From: a virus
Lineage: Duplodnaviria; Caudoviricetes
Length of the DNA stretch: 64,000 nucleotides
Strand: one strand, 5' to 3'
Virus record (IMG/VR): IMGVR_UViG_3300044693_000261
Span: 1-64,000 of that record
Part shown: positions 26,856-34,272 of the stretch, one piece after another
Layout of the letters: each line of letters begins with the position of its first letter
How positions within the stretch are numbered: the first letter of the stretch is position 1
The notes under the pieces: model-generated
Databases searched by the model: none
What the model was told of the DNA's origin: nothing
The model's input: only the letters and a program-made list of their open reading frames with translations
Program-made: the position numbers and the translations under genes

Positions 26856-27153
26856 CATGCCCAGGGACAGCAGCGGCCAGCCCGACCGTGGAGAGGGCGA
26901 CCGGCAGGACGGCCCTCGGCTGACGCCGAGGAACGACGGCAGCGGCCTGTCCGACTGCGACAACGGCGACTGCGTGTGTCACGACGAGTGATCGCGTTGT
27001 AGGCGTATAGGTCGCCGTGAACGCCCTGGGCCACGCGTCCGGGGCGTTCGTTACACACCCGTTACGTTCGCCGGCGAGTTCCTGTAGCCGCTTGACCCAA
27101 CCTTGCGGCACCGGCTATCTTTGAGATGTTCCGGTCGAGGCAGGGAGAAGATC

Positions 27154-27417
27154 ATGGCGCGCAACACGGTCACCGTCGGCAACTTCACCGGCACCTGGAA
27201 GTCCCGCCGCAGCAACACCGCCGGCGCGTGCCTGTGGAACATCACCGAGACCGAGACCCGCTGTGGCGCGACCCGCCGGCGCGGCGACGTGCTCGCCAGG
27301 CCCGCCCGCTGGGCCACCCGCTGCCCGCTGTGCAGCAGCCCGGCCTACTGCCCCGACTGCGGCGACACCGCCGCCACCGGCCACCGCGACGACTGCCGCT
27401 TCGACGGGCAGCGCTGA
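27154..27417 (+). CDS. small Cys-rich hypothetical protein
   Basis: Full promoter motif; CPLC, CPDC. Confidence 0.65.
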   Translation: MARNTVTVGNFTGTWKSRRSNTAGACLWNITETETRCGATRRRGDVLARPARWATRCPLCSSPAYCPDCGDTAATGHRDDCRFDGQR

Positions 27418-27449
27418 CTACCGTTCCGAGCGAGAGAAACGAGACGATC

Positions 27450-27818
27450 ATGCCCAAGCGTGGCGAGGTTCTGCCGTTCAAGGTCCAGTTCACCTACCTG
27501 GCCAACGCGGCCGCCGGACGCGACGAGGACGTCAGCGGCACCCGGCCGTTCCGCACCGAGAGCGAGGCCATGCGCGAGGCCATCGAATTCGCCAAGCGCG
27601 GCGCGCTGGTCACCGTCGACAAGAAGGTCGGCCCCATCACGCACCACCTGGCCAAGCTGGACCCGTGGACCGACGCGCAGCGTCGGCTGGCCGAGCTGGC
27701 CGACGAGGTCACCGAAATCCCGAGCTACGACGGCGAGGCGGCGCAGCTGCGGCGCGCGTTCGCGATCGAGGAGGAGATGCTGGCGCTGATCCGCGAACTC
27801 GGCGTGAAGCGGTTCTGA
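27450..27818 (+). CDS. hypothetical protein
   Basis: GTTCCGAGCGAGAG leader; hairpin 27839-27874 follows. Confidence 0.65.
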   Translation: MPKRGEVLPFKVQFTYLANAAAGRDEDVSGTRPFRTESEAMREAIEFAKRGALVTVDKKVGPITHHLAKLDPWTDAQRRLAELADEVTEIPSYDGEAAQLRRAFAIEEEMLALIRELGVKRF

Positions 27819-27956
27819 TCGGCACCTCGCACAGGCGACGGCCACGGTCCCCACCCTGTCGGGGACCGTGGCCGTTTCGTTATCCACGCGACTTGACCCA
27901 ACCTTGCGTCAGCAGGCTATGCTTGTGGTGTTCCGAACGAGCGAGGGAGTCACCCG

Positions 27957-28307
27957 ATGAGCACCGACACCAGCCGCCGCAACCCGGCCGTCCGCCAGTC
28001 CGCCATCGCCCGGGGCAAGGCGCTGGCCGCCGCGCAGTCCACCCCCGCGCTGATCCTGTCGCTGCTGGCGCTGGCCCCGCGCATCGAGGCCGCCCGCGCC
28101 AAGGCCGAGGCCACCGGCGCAATCGCCGACTACGACACGTGCGCCGCGCTGAACACCGCCCACGCCTGGACCGTCGGCGCGCTGGAGGACCGCTACCCGC
28201 AAGCCGTCGAGGCGCTGGAGGCCGCTTTCGAGGCCGCCGGCGAGGACGGCGAGGTCGACTACGACGCAGTCCTGATCGCCGCCATCCCCGCCGCCGACCG
28301 CATCTGA
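27957..28307 (+). CDS. hypothetical protein
   Basis: Full promoter motif and GAGGGAG RBS. Confidence 0.7.
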   Translation: MSTDTSRRNPAVRQSAIARGKALAAAQSTPALILSLLALAPRIEAARAKAEATGAIADYDTCAALNTAHAWTVGALEDRYPQAVEALEAAFEAAGEDGEVDYDAVLIAAIPAADRI

Positions 28308-28320
28308 CCTGGAGGCTGAC

Positions 28321-28590
28321 ATGGTCACCATCGGCACCGAGACCTACGACCAGCGCGTGTGTCTGCCCTGCGCCGGCAAGGGCGAGAAGTGGGACCCGAC
28401 CATGGCGCACGTCGTTGGCAACGGCGGTACCGGCATGGTCGCCTGCTCCTCGTGCAGCGGCAACGGCTACCGCACCCGCCCCGCCGGCAGCGAGCCCGGC
28501 TTCCTTGACGGCGCGCTGCTGGAGCGCTGCGACCAGGTGCCCGGCCTGCACATCATCGGCTGCGACTGCGGCATGGACGAGGGCGACTGA
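28321..28590 (+). CDS. DnaJ-type CxxCxGxG zinc-finger small protein
   Basis: CLPCAGKG...CSSCSGNG; GGAGG RBS. Confidence 0.65.
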   Translation: MVTIGTETYDQRVCLPCAGKGEKWDPTMAHVVGNGGTGMVACSSCSGNGYRTRPAGSEPGFLDGALLERCDQVPGLHIIGCDCGMDEGD

Positions 28591-28628
28591 TCGGCTGACG
28601 CTGACAACCTGTTCCGAGCGAGAGAGAG

Positions 28629-28910
28629 ATGATCATGGTCAAGACCCGCGAGCACCGCACCGCGCGAGGCGCGCTGCTGTCCGCGCTGGAGCACAAGTGT
28701 GTCAGCGCCGGCCACTACGTCGTCGAGGGCTACACCGTGCGCCATGTGGTGCGGCCATCCCAACGTCGCTACTTGGTCAACCCCCGAATCACCGAGGGGT
28801 GGCGAAAAGACCACTGGGAAATCACCGCGCCGTGGCTGAAGGGTTGCCCCGTCCACGCGGACACGTTCACCGAAGCGCTGGAGTGGATCGGAAGACAGAA
28901 GGGCCTCTGA
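28629..28910 (+). CDS. hypothetical protein
   Basis: Preceded by a 27-bp leader identical to that at 28961. Confidence 0.6.
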   Translation: MIMVKTREHRTARGALLSALEHKCVSAGHYVVEGYTVRHVVRPSQRRYLVNPRITEGWRKDHWEITAPWLKGCPVHADTFTEALEWIGRQKGL

Positions 28911-28978
28911 AGCGCCCCAGGCGCACGACAGAGGCGGCTTGACCTAGTTAGCTCTAACCCGTTCCGAGCGAGAGAGAG

Positions 28979-29320
28979 ATGATCATGAGCAACCCGACCG
29001 GTCCGCTGACCGCGAACGAGCTGGATACGCTGAACACCCTGCTGCGCCGGTTCTTGGACGACATCGGCGCGACGACGTGGCGTTCGGAGATCCTGGCCAC
29101 CCAGGGAGCAGTGCGGCAGGTGCGCAACACCAGGAAGGGAGAGCGCGCGGTGGACGTGAAATGCGAGTGCATGGGGGCCAATCCGGACGGCAGCCACGCG
29201 CGGTCATGCCCTGTGACCACGCGCCCGATGACCACCGGCCCGGACCCGATTCCGGTGTCCGAGCTGCTGAACCGGGGGTCGGTGTTGGACGCCGCCGGCC
29301 TTGCGTCGTGGCGCTCGTGA
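28979..29320 (+). CDS. hypothetical protein
   Basis: Preceded by a 27-bp leader identical to that at 28611. Confidence 0.6.
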   Translation: MIMSNPTGPLTANELDTLNTLLRRFLDDIGATTWRSEILATQGAVRQVRNTRKGERAVDVKCECMGANPDGSHARSCPVTTRPMTTGPDPIPVSELLNRGSVLDAAGLASWRS

Positions 29321-29393
29321 GTCCCTGAAACGCCTCAGACGCGGCGACACCCCCACTCCGGGCCACTGGAGCGGGGGTGTCGCTGTTCGTGCG

Positions 29394-29861
29394 TCAGGCG
29401 TACGTGTAGGCGTTGCTGGCCGTGACGTTCGCGGCGTCGTCCGCGATGACCACGTTGACCGCGCCGGCCGACTTGGCTGGCGTCACGCACGTGATCGTGG
29501 AGTCGTCGACGACCTTGACCTGGGTGGCGGCCGTGCCGCCGAAGGTCACGCCGGTGACGCCGGCGAAGTTCGTGCCCTTGATCACGACCGGCGTGCCGCC
29601 GGCGGTGGTGCCGGTGGCCGGCGTGATCGAGGTGAACGTGGCCGTCGGGTACAGGGCGTCGATCGTGGCCTGCGGCACGATCTCGCCCGTGTGGAACAGG
29701 ATGCGCCGAGCGTCCTCGAAGTGACCGCCCGAGTCCTGGTGCGTGTAGTCCTGGTAAACGGTCGCGTTGACCGTGACCATGGCCGGCGGCGTGACCGAGG
29801 AGGTCAGCGCCTGGAGCGCGGTCTTGGTCAGGACGTTGCCGCTGCTGTCCCTGATGGTCAT
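29394..29861 (-). CDS. IPT/TIG (Ig-like) domain protein, probable virion decoration
   Basis: SITPATGTTAGGTPVVIKGTNF...VTFGG...ITCVTPA..AGAVNVVI......AYTY. Confidence 0.85.
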   Translation of the reverse strand: MTIRDSSGNVLTKTALQALTSSVTPPAMVTVNATVYQDYTHQDSGGHFEDARRILFHTGEIVPQATIDALYPTATFTSITPATGTTAGGTPVVIKGTNFAGVTGVTFGGTAATQVKVVDDSTITCVTPAKSAGAVNVVIADDAANVTASNAYTYA

Positions 29862-30050
29862 GCCGTGAGCCTTCCTGTGCGTGACGCGTCGCCGGCCAGT
29901 ATCGGCCCATCGGCACAGGTGGCGGGCGCGACAGGCCGATCACCGGCGGCGGACATGCAACGGCCCCGATACCTGCGCCGAGGTGTCGGGGCCGTTGGTC
30001 CTGCTCGCGATCATGCAACGCACCGCGTCAAGGTGCGTGTCTCACGGTAG

Positions 30051-30146
30051 CTATTTGGCGGGCTTGCGTCCACAGGCCGGCGCGGTCCAGCCACAGCCGC
30101 AGTCGCACAGCTGGCCAGCCGAGGCCGGCGGAGTGCTGGTGTCCAC
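30051..30146 (-). CDS. 31-aa Cys-rich peptide
   Basis: GAGGAG RBS, GTG start, MDTSTPPASAGQLCDCGCGWTAPACGRKPAK. Confidence 0.45.
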   Translation of the reverse strand: MDTSTPPASAGQLCDCGCGWTAPACGRKPAK

Positions 30147-30178
30147 GTGGTGTCTCCTCTCAACGGTCCGGACATGCG

Positions 30179-30215
30179 ACAGGGCCCGTCCGGTGCTCAG
30201 CCGGGCGGGCCCTGT
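30179..30215 (-). terminator. hairpin closing the tRNA-mimic operon
   Basis: acagggcccgtccgg...ccgggcgggccctgt. Confidence 0.6.
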
Positions 30216-30241
30216 CTGGTGATCTCGTCAGCATGAGATCG

Positions 30242-30332
30242 TGGCCACGGTGGGACTCGAACCACACACCTCCGGGTCCAACGGCCGAACCGCTGATCAA
30301 ACCCGATGCGCTGCCATTTACGCTACGCGGCC
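30242..30332 (-). ncRNA. tRNA-like RNA 5 (91 nt) with an expanded anticodon arm
   Basis: GGCCGCG/CGTGGCC acceptor, TA-GCGT..GCGC D arm, GGTTCGAGTCC T arm with a bulged stem, 25-nt anticodon loop containing an extra hairpin. Confidence 0.75.
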
Positions 30333-30344
30333 GTTCCGGTAATG

Positions 30345-30503
30345 CTACTTGGAACGCAAGCCGCCCGTGTTCCACTTCCCGTGGAACTCCTTCGATCGGT
30401 CGGCGATCTCCCGAGCCTTCGGGTTGCCGGTGATCTTGCCGACCTTCTCGGCCAGCTCGGCCGCGTCAGTGGTCAGCTCCTGCTTCGACCCCTGCTGTGT
30501 CAC
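30345..30503 (-). CDS. 52-aa protein embedded in the RNA operon
   Basis: GGAGGGAGG RBS, GTG start, MTQQGSKQELTTDAAELAEKVGKITGNPKAREIADRSKEFHGKWNTGGLRSK. Confidence 0.65.
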   Translation of the reverse strand: MTQQGSKQELTTDAAELAEKVGKITGNPKAREIADRSKEFHGKWNTGGLRSK

Positions 30504-30719
30504 GTGCCCTCCCTCCAGAACAGGCCGTGACCGGCGGAAGCGACACCGGAGAATAGAAGGCCATTCGCGCCCAGCCAGCCCGGCGCGCTCCCCGGTGTTC
30601 TCCTGCGGCTGTCCACGCGCCGCCGGTCACGGTGTTGGCGCGGGGGCAGTCGGACCTTTGCCCGCGCCGGGGACAGCCTCTGTTCGCCCGGTAGTGCTCG
30701 GGCCTAGTCCGACGGCGTC

Positions 30720-30811
30720 GTGCGCTGGCCGGAGTCGAACCGGCGACCTCGGATCCCGCCCGCTCACTGCTCCGGGCATCGTCCACGCTCTGTCCACTGA
30801 GCTACAGCGCG
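30720..30811 (-). ncRNA. tRNA-like RNA 4 (92 nt) with an expanded anticodon arm and a C1-A72 mismatch
   Basis: GCGCTG/CAGCGC acceptor, TAGCTCAGTGGACAGAGC D arm, AGGTC variable loop, GCCGG-TTCGACT-CCGGC T arm. Confidence 0.78.
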
Positions 30812-31405
30812 CCGGTCGGGACGGTCAAGGCCAACCGGGTCGTGCTCGGGCCCTGGCTTGCCGCAGCGTCCTGCGATCCCGTCGCCCGTCGTGCACCGAT
30901 GCCGCTACCACACGGCGATCGGTCTATCTCACTTCACCGATCGCCGCCACCAGCAGCGATCGGCCTATCTCACCGTTCCGCCCAGTGCATGGCCATGCCT
31001 GCCGCTAACAGGCGTGTCCGGGCGTATTCCGCTCACTTGCGTGTTCCCGTGCTCCACAGCGGACCGCGAATACCCGTAGGTACCTGTCCCTGTTATCAGC
31101 TTTCCATCCCGTGGAGCGCCCGACCTAGGCAGGCCGATCGGTCGGGGTGTTCCTGAACTCAAGCGGAGTGCACTCCGCCCTGCCGTTCGCGCCCTGGTCG
31201 GCGATGAAACCGGCCAGGGCTGGCAACGTCGGCCGCCAAGTCGCCGTCGCCACTCCACATTCTCGACGCCCGGCGTGGATGACCGGGTGGAAACGACTCG
31301 GCCTGCAAGCGAGCCGCCGCCATCGCCCTCGGCTGAAGGCATCCCGCAGGCTGTGGCACCGGTGCGGGCCCGGCGCTCGGGACGAAGGAGAACGTCCCTG
31401 CCACG
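30812..31405 (-). ncRNA. candidate ~590-nt structured RNA between tRNA mimics
   Basis: No credible ORF; long-range pairing CGATCGGCCT/AGGCCGATCG; duplicated GTGAGATAG(A/G)CCGATCGC; several hairpins. Confidence 0.5.
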
Positions 31406-31503
31406 CAGCGCTGCCCGGACTCGAACCGGGGCACGGGGGCTTCCGCCGAACGCGGCGCGGAGTTACCCGGCCGCCACCGCTCTGCCAACTGAGCTACAGC
31501 GCC
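31406..31503 (-). ncRNA. tRNA-like RNA 3 (98 nt) with an expanded anticodon arm
   Basis: GGCGCTG/CAGCGCT acceptor, TAGCTCAGTTGGCAGAGC D arm, CCCGG-TTCGAGT-CCGGG T arm, 32-nt structured loop. Confidence 0.78.
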
Positions 31504-31789
31504 CCCCACTTTCGCGACACCGGCAGGGGATCCGGTTGCCTGCTGCCTGCCGCCGATAAGGAGTCCAATCACCGACAGGCTGCGTCGCTACGGGCCGTCT
31601 GGCTCCAGCGCTGGCGCGCCGGCCGTCCGTCATGCCCTTGTCCGTTCACCATGGTCGTACAGCCGGCGGTCCAGGCAGTGGACCAGACTGCCGCCAGCCA
31701 TCGCATCGGGCCCTAGCACGTTCGGGCCCGCGCTTCGGTCGCACCGAGTTGCCCCGCCAGAGGCTTCTCGTGTGGCGTGCACCGCGTCG

Positions 31790-31889
31790 AACACCAGGCG
31801 GGAGTCGAACCCGCGACCTCCCATGCAACCCGCCGGCCAATTGGCGGGTCCGGCCGTAGGGCGCTCGTAACCGGCTGAGCTACTGGTGT
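31790..31889 (-). ncRNA. tRNA-like RNA 2 (100 nt) with an expanded anticodon arm
   Basis: ACACCAG/CTGGTGT acceptor, TAGCTCAGCCGGTTACGAGC D arm, AGGTC, GCGGG-TTCGACT-CCCGC T arm, extra 8-bp helix GACCCGCC/GGCGGGTT. Confidence 0.78.
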
Positions 31890-31984
31890 CCCGCCCCACT
31901 TGCTGCGAACCGGTAGGGGCCACCGGATATTGCACTAGCACCCATCCAGGCTGCTCGGCCACAGGAGAGCGAACCGAGCACCCG

Positions 31985-32064
31985 TCCCCCGCCCAGGACT
32001 CGAACCTGGGTTCTCCCTGCCGTTCGCTGCTCGGCAGGGCGCGGTACCCATCCGCCACGGGGTG
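31985..32064 (-). ncRNA. tRNA-like RNA 1 (~80 nt) with an 8-bp anticodon stem, 9-nt loop and 6-bp T stem
   Basis: CCCCG/CGGGG acceptor, GCGG/CCGC D stem, CCCTGCCG/CGGCAGGG, CCCAGG-TTCGAGT-CCTGGG. Confidence 0.7.
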
Positions 32065-32255
32065 GCAGCCCGGCCGCACGTGACCGAACTACCCAAACCA
32101 AGGCTTCACCGTCGCGAAGGGACTTACGGCCAGCGTGGGCGGCAAGTTGTACGCAACGTCGTGCGTGCCTTGCGCTCGGTGGCAGTGTGACCCGCCGCCG
32201 AGCCGTTGCCTCGGATGCCCACACCGACGTTTCGAGGCTATCCCTCGGGGGCGGT

Positions 32256-32312
32256 GTTCCGGCCGAGAACATCGGGGGGAAGCTCTCGACCGGAACGGCT
32301 CAAGCTTAGCCG
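32256..32312 (-). promoter_or_regulatory. promoter of the RNA operon (GGCTAAGCT-N6-GTTCCG) and 15-bp 5' hairpin
   Basis: Same motif as the protein-gene promoters but with no RBS or ORF downstream. Confidence 0.7.
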
Positions 32313-32365
32313 GTGAGGCCACGCGACGCAACGCCCATTTACCTGCGAAAACGTCGCCCAGCTGG

Positions 32366-32671
32366 TCAGTGGGCGGCCTCGACCCATCGCCCCGGTGCCG
32401 CCGGCTGACCAGCGGCCGCGTCCCGGTCCTGGCTACGCGAGGTGACCCACAGGATGTCGTTGCCGTCGAGGAACACCTGCCCGTTGACCGCGCTCTCCGG
32501 CGTGTCGCCCCACGGGCGCGTGATCAGCATCGGATAGGTCTGCCCCTCCTCGGCGTAGTTGCCGCCCAGCACGCCGTTCGACGCCTTGCGCCGGCCGTCG
32601 ATCGCCTTGGCGTCGAAGTCCGCCAGCGTGTAGTCCACCCACAAGCCCCGCCGAGGCGCGATGTGACTCAT
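32366..32671 (-). CDS. conserved-type phage hypothetical protein
   Basis: YPMLITRPW...VNGQVFLDGNDILWVTS; ATGA overlap. Confidence 0.7.
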   Translation of the reverse strand: MSHIAPRRGLWVDYTLADFDAKAIDGRRKASNGVLGGNYAEEGQTYPMLITRPWGDTPESAVNGQVFLDGNDILWVTSRSQDRDAAAGQPAAPGRWVEAAH

Positions 32672-33255
32672 GCCTGCCCATCCTCTCGTTCCGCCTGCTC
32701 GCGCGCCGCGAGCAGTGCCGCCTGTAGCTGACGTCGCACCGTCGGGTCGTTGAAGTCCAGACCCATCGCCTCGGCGAAGCGCCGCAGCGCCGACACCAGC
32801 ACAGAGCCCTGCCGGGCGATCGCCTCGACCGCGCGGCGCTCCAGCCCCAGCCGCGCGCCCTGCACGATCAGCCGCTCCAGCGTCTTGCGTTCGTCCATCT
32901 CCAGCTTGACCAGCGCCGTGATCTGCTCGCCCGACTCGACCAGCTCGCCGGTGTGCTGGTCGACCAGGTAGGTGGTGCGGCTCAGCGCCTTGTCGCCGAC
33001 CTCGGCGTAGGCGGCGGCCAGCTGCGCGCCATACAGCTGGGCCCGCTCGGCCGCCACGCTGATCAGACGCGCGTACAGCTCGGCCACGTTCGGCGGCGGC
33101 CCCACCTCGGCCAGCGTCGCCAGCTCATCACGCTGCGCCTGCCGCGACACGGTTGGCGCGTTGCGGGCCGCCAGCACAGCCCTGCGGTCCTCGGCGCGCT
33201 CCGCCGAAGCCTGGCGCACCGACTCGGCGTAGTTGGCCCGCAGATCGTCGCTCAC
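32668..33255 (-). CDS. putative terminase small subunit (actinophage type)
   Basis: ALVKLEMDERKTLERL...ARLGLERRAVE...QG..LV.ALRR....GL helical pattern; next to the inverted-repeat region. Confidence 0.55.
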   Translation of the reverse strand: MSDDLRANYAESVRQASAERAEDRRAVLAARNAPTVSRQAQRDELATLAEVGPPPNVAELYARLISVAAERAQLYGAQLAAAYAEVGDKALSRTTYLVDQHTGELVESGEQITALVKLEMDERKTLERLIVQGARLGLERRAVEAIARQGSVLVSALRRFAEAMGLDFNDPTVRRQLQAALLAAREQAEREDGQA

Positions 33256-33260
33256 CCTGG

Positions 33261-33608
33261 TCAGGGTATGGCGTGAGCCTCCCGAAGCACGGCAGCCATG
33301 CGGCCCGGCTTCAGCCACTCGCCCGTTTCCGGCGCGCCGACCTCGCCGCCGTTCTCCACGTACGCGCCCAGCATGTCCACGCACATCGCGCGGTAGGCGG
33401 CGACCAGCATCTGCCCCGGAGAGCGGCGCGCCGACCCGGATTCCTCGACCTCGCCAGGCGTCGACCAGAGGTAGCCGTCCAGCTCTCGGCGCGGGCTCAA
33501 CTGCTGGCGGGTGCGTTCGCGAAACCAGGCGGCCATACCGCTCGTGGTCCATGGGTACTGGTCAGCGCCGGGAATGCGGCGCGCTACCATGTCCGACATC
33601 GAATCCAT
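33261..33608 (-). CDS. hypothetical protein
   Basis: GAGGG RBS; first gene left of the divergence point. Confidence 0.55.
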   Translation of the reverse strand: MDSMSDMVARRIPGADQYPWTTSGMAAWFRERTRQQLSPRRELDGYLWSTPGEVEESGSARRSPGQMLVAAYRAMCVDMLGAYVENGGEVGAPETGEWLKPGRMAAVLREAHAIP

Positions 33609-33802
33609 CCCTCACGTTGGGTTCGGTCGTCGCCCCGGAGCCTGGCCGCTCGCGGGGCTTTCTCGTGGTCATCCTACGCGGGGTCGGCACGGTAAGGGCC
33701 GTCAGGGCGCGCGGTAGACCAATCCCCGACAACGGGTAGTTGCCGCAGGGCAAGCATCTCCCTCTACTTCATAGGCTTTCTTTCGATGGTCTAGCTCTCT
33801 CA

Positions 33803-33999
33803 ACAAGGTCTATTCGAAACCGCGCGCCAACAAGTTGTGTAATGCAACCATACCTATACCCCCTGTCATCGGTACTAGACCCTCGCCGTAAAGGGTATAT
33901 GGCTTCCACCCGATCACCTTCGAGGGTGTAGCGACCCATGATTACTATACATGGTTGCATTATACAACCTGTTCGCGCGTACTTTCGAATAGACCTTGT
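33803..33999. repeat. AT-rich ~49-bp imperfect inverted repeat with a ~99-bp spacer (candidate origin or packaging site)
   Basis: ACAAGGTCTATTCGAAA 33803-33819 matches 33983-33999 exactly; AACAAGTTGTGTAATGCAACCAT 33829-33851 matches 33951-33973 with 2 mismatches. Confidence 0.8.
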
Positions 34000-34272
34000 C
34001 GCCGCGATACCCCATGGTTTTGGTCCTGTCTCCGGGTGCTAGTGCTTCACGGCTGTCCGATACCAGCCGGCTTGACACGCTACCTCCTTCCACGGAAGGA
34101 TCGCAGGTGTTCCGGCATGCTAGATCTTCCGAGAGAAGGGTGATCTTTACGCTGAGTGATGAACACACCTCACCCCCCTGAAAAAACCTCCCGGTAGTAT
34201 AGGAGTCGAAACACTGTTATGAAACGCAGTCATGATCAACTAACCACGCTGCCGTCACGGACTGTGCACAAC

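Noticed and set aside
31088-31097. GATAACAGGG resembling the 23S rRNA peptidyl-transferase loop or the I-SceI site
   Set aside because: Only about 10 nt match and the flanks do not continue, so chance is sufficient.
30242-32064. Ordinary tRNA cluster or canonical intron-containing tRNAs
   Set aside because: None has a 7-nt anticodon loop. U33 is missing in most, no clear bulge-helix-bulge is present, and the inserts are far too short for group I introns.
30242-32064. tmRNA or Y RNA (YrlA)
   Set aside because: Every T arm has its own nearby D arm and acceptor partner in normal D-then-T order with an open acceptor end. There is no tag ORF and no Ro/Rsr gene in the window.
30160-32331. ORF-track proteins across the RNA region
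   Set aside because: They overlap the tRNA-like folds, lack RBSs and show no codon bias. Only the 52-aa ORF at 30345-30503 looks real.
33803-33999. Protelomerase telRL site or transposon ends
   Set aside because: The arms are separated by a ~99-bp non-palindromic spacer, and no protelomerase or transposase is in the window.
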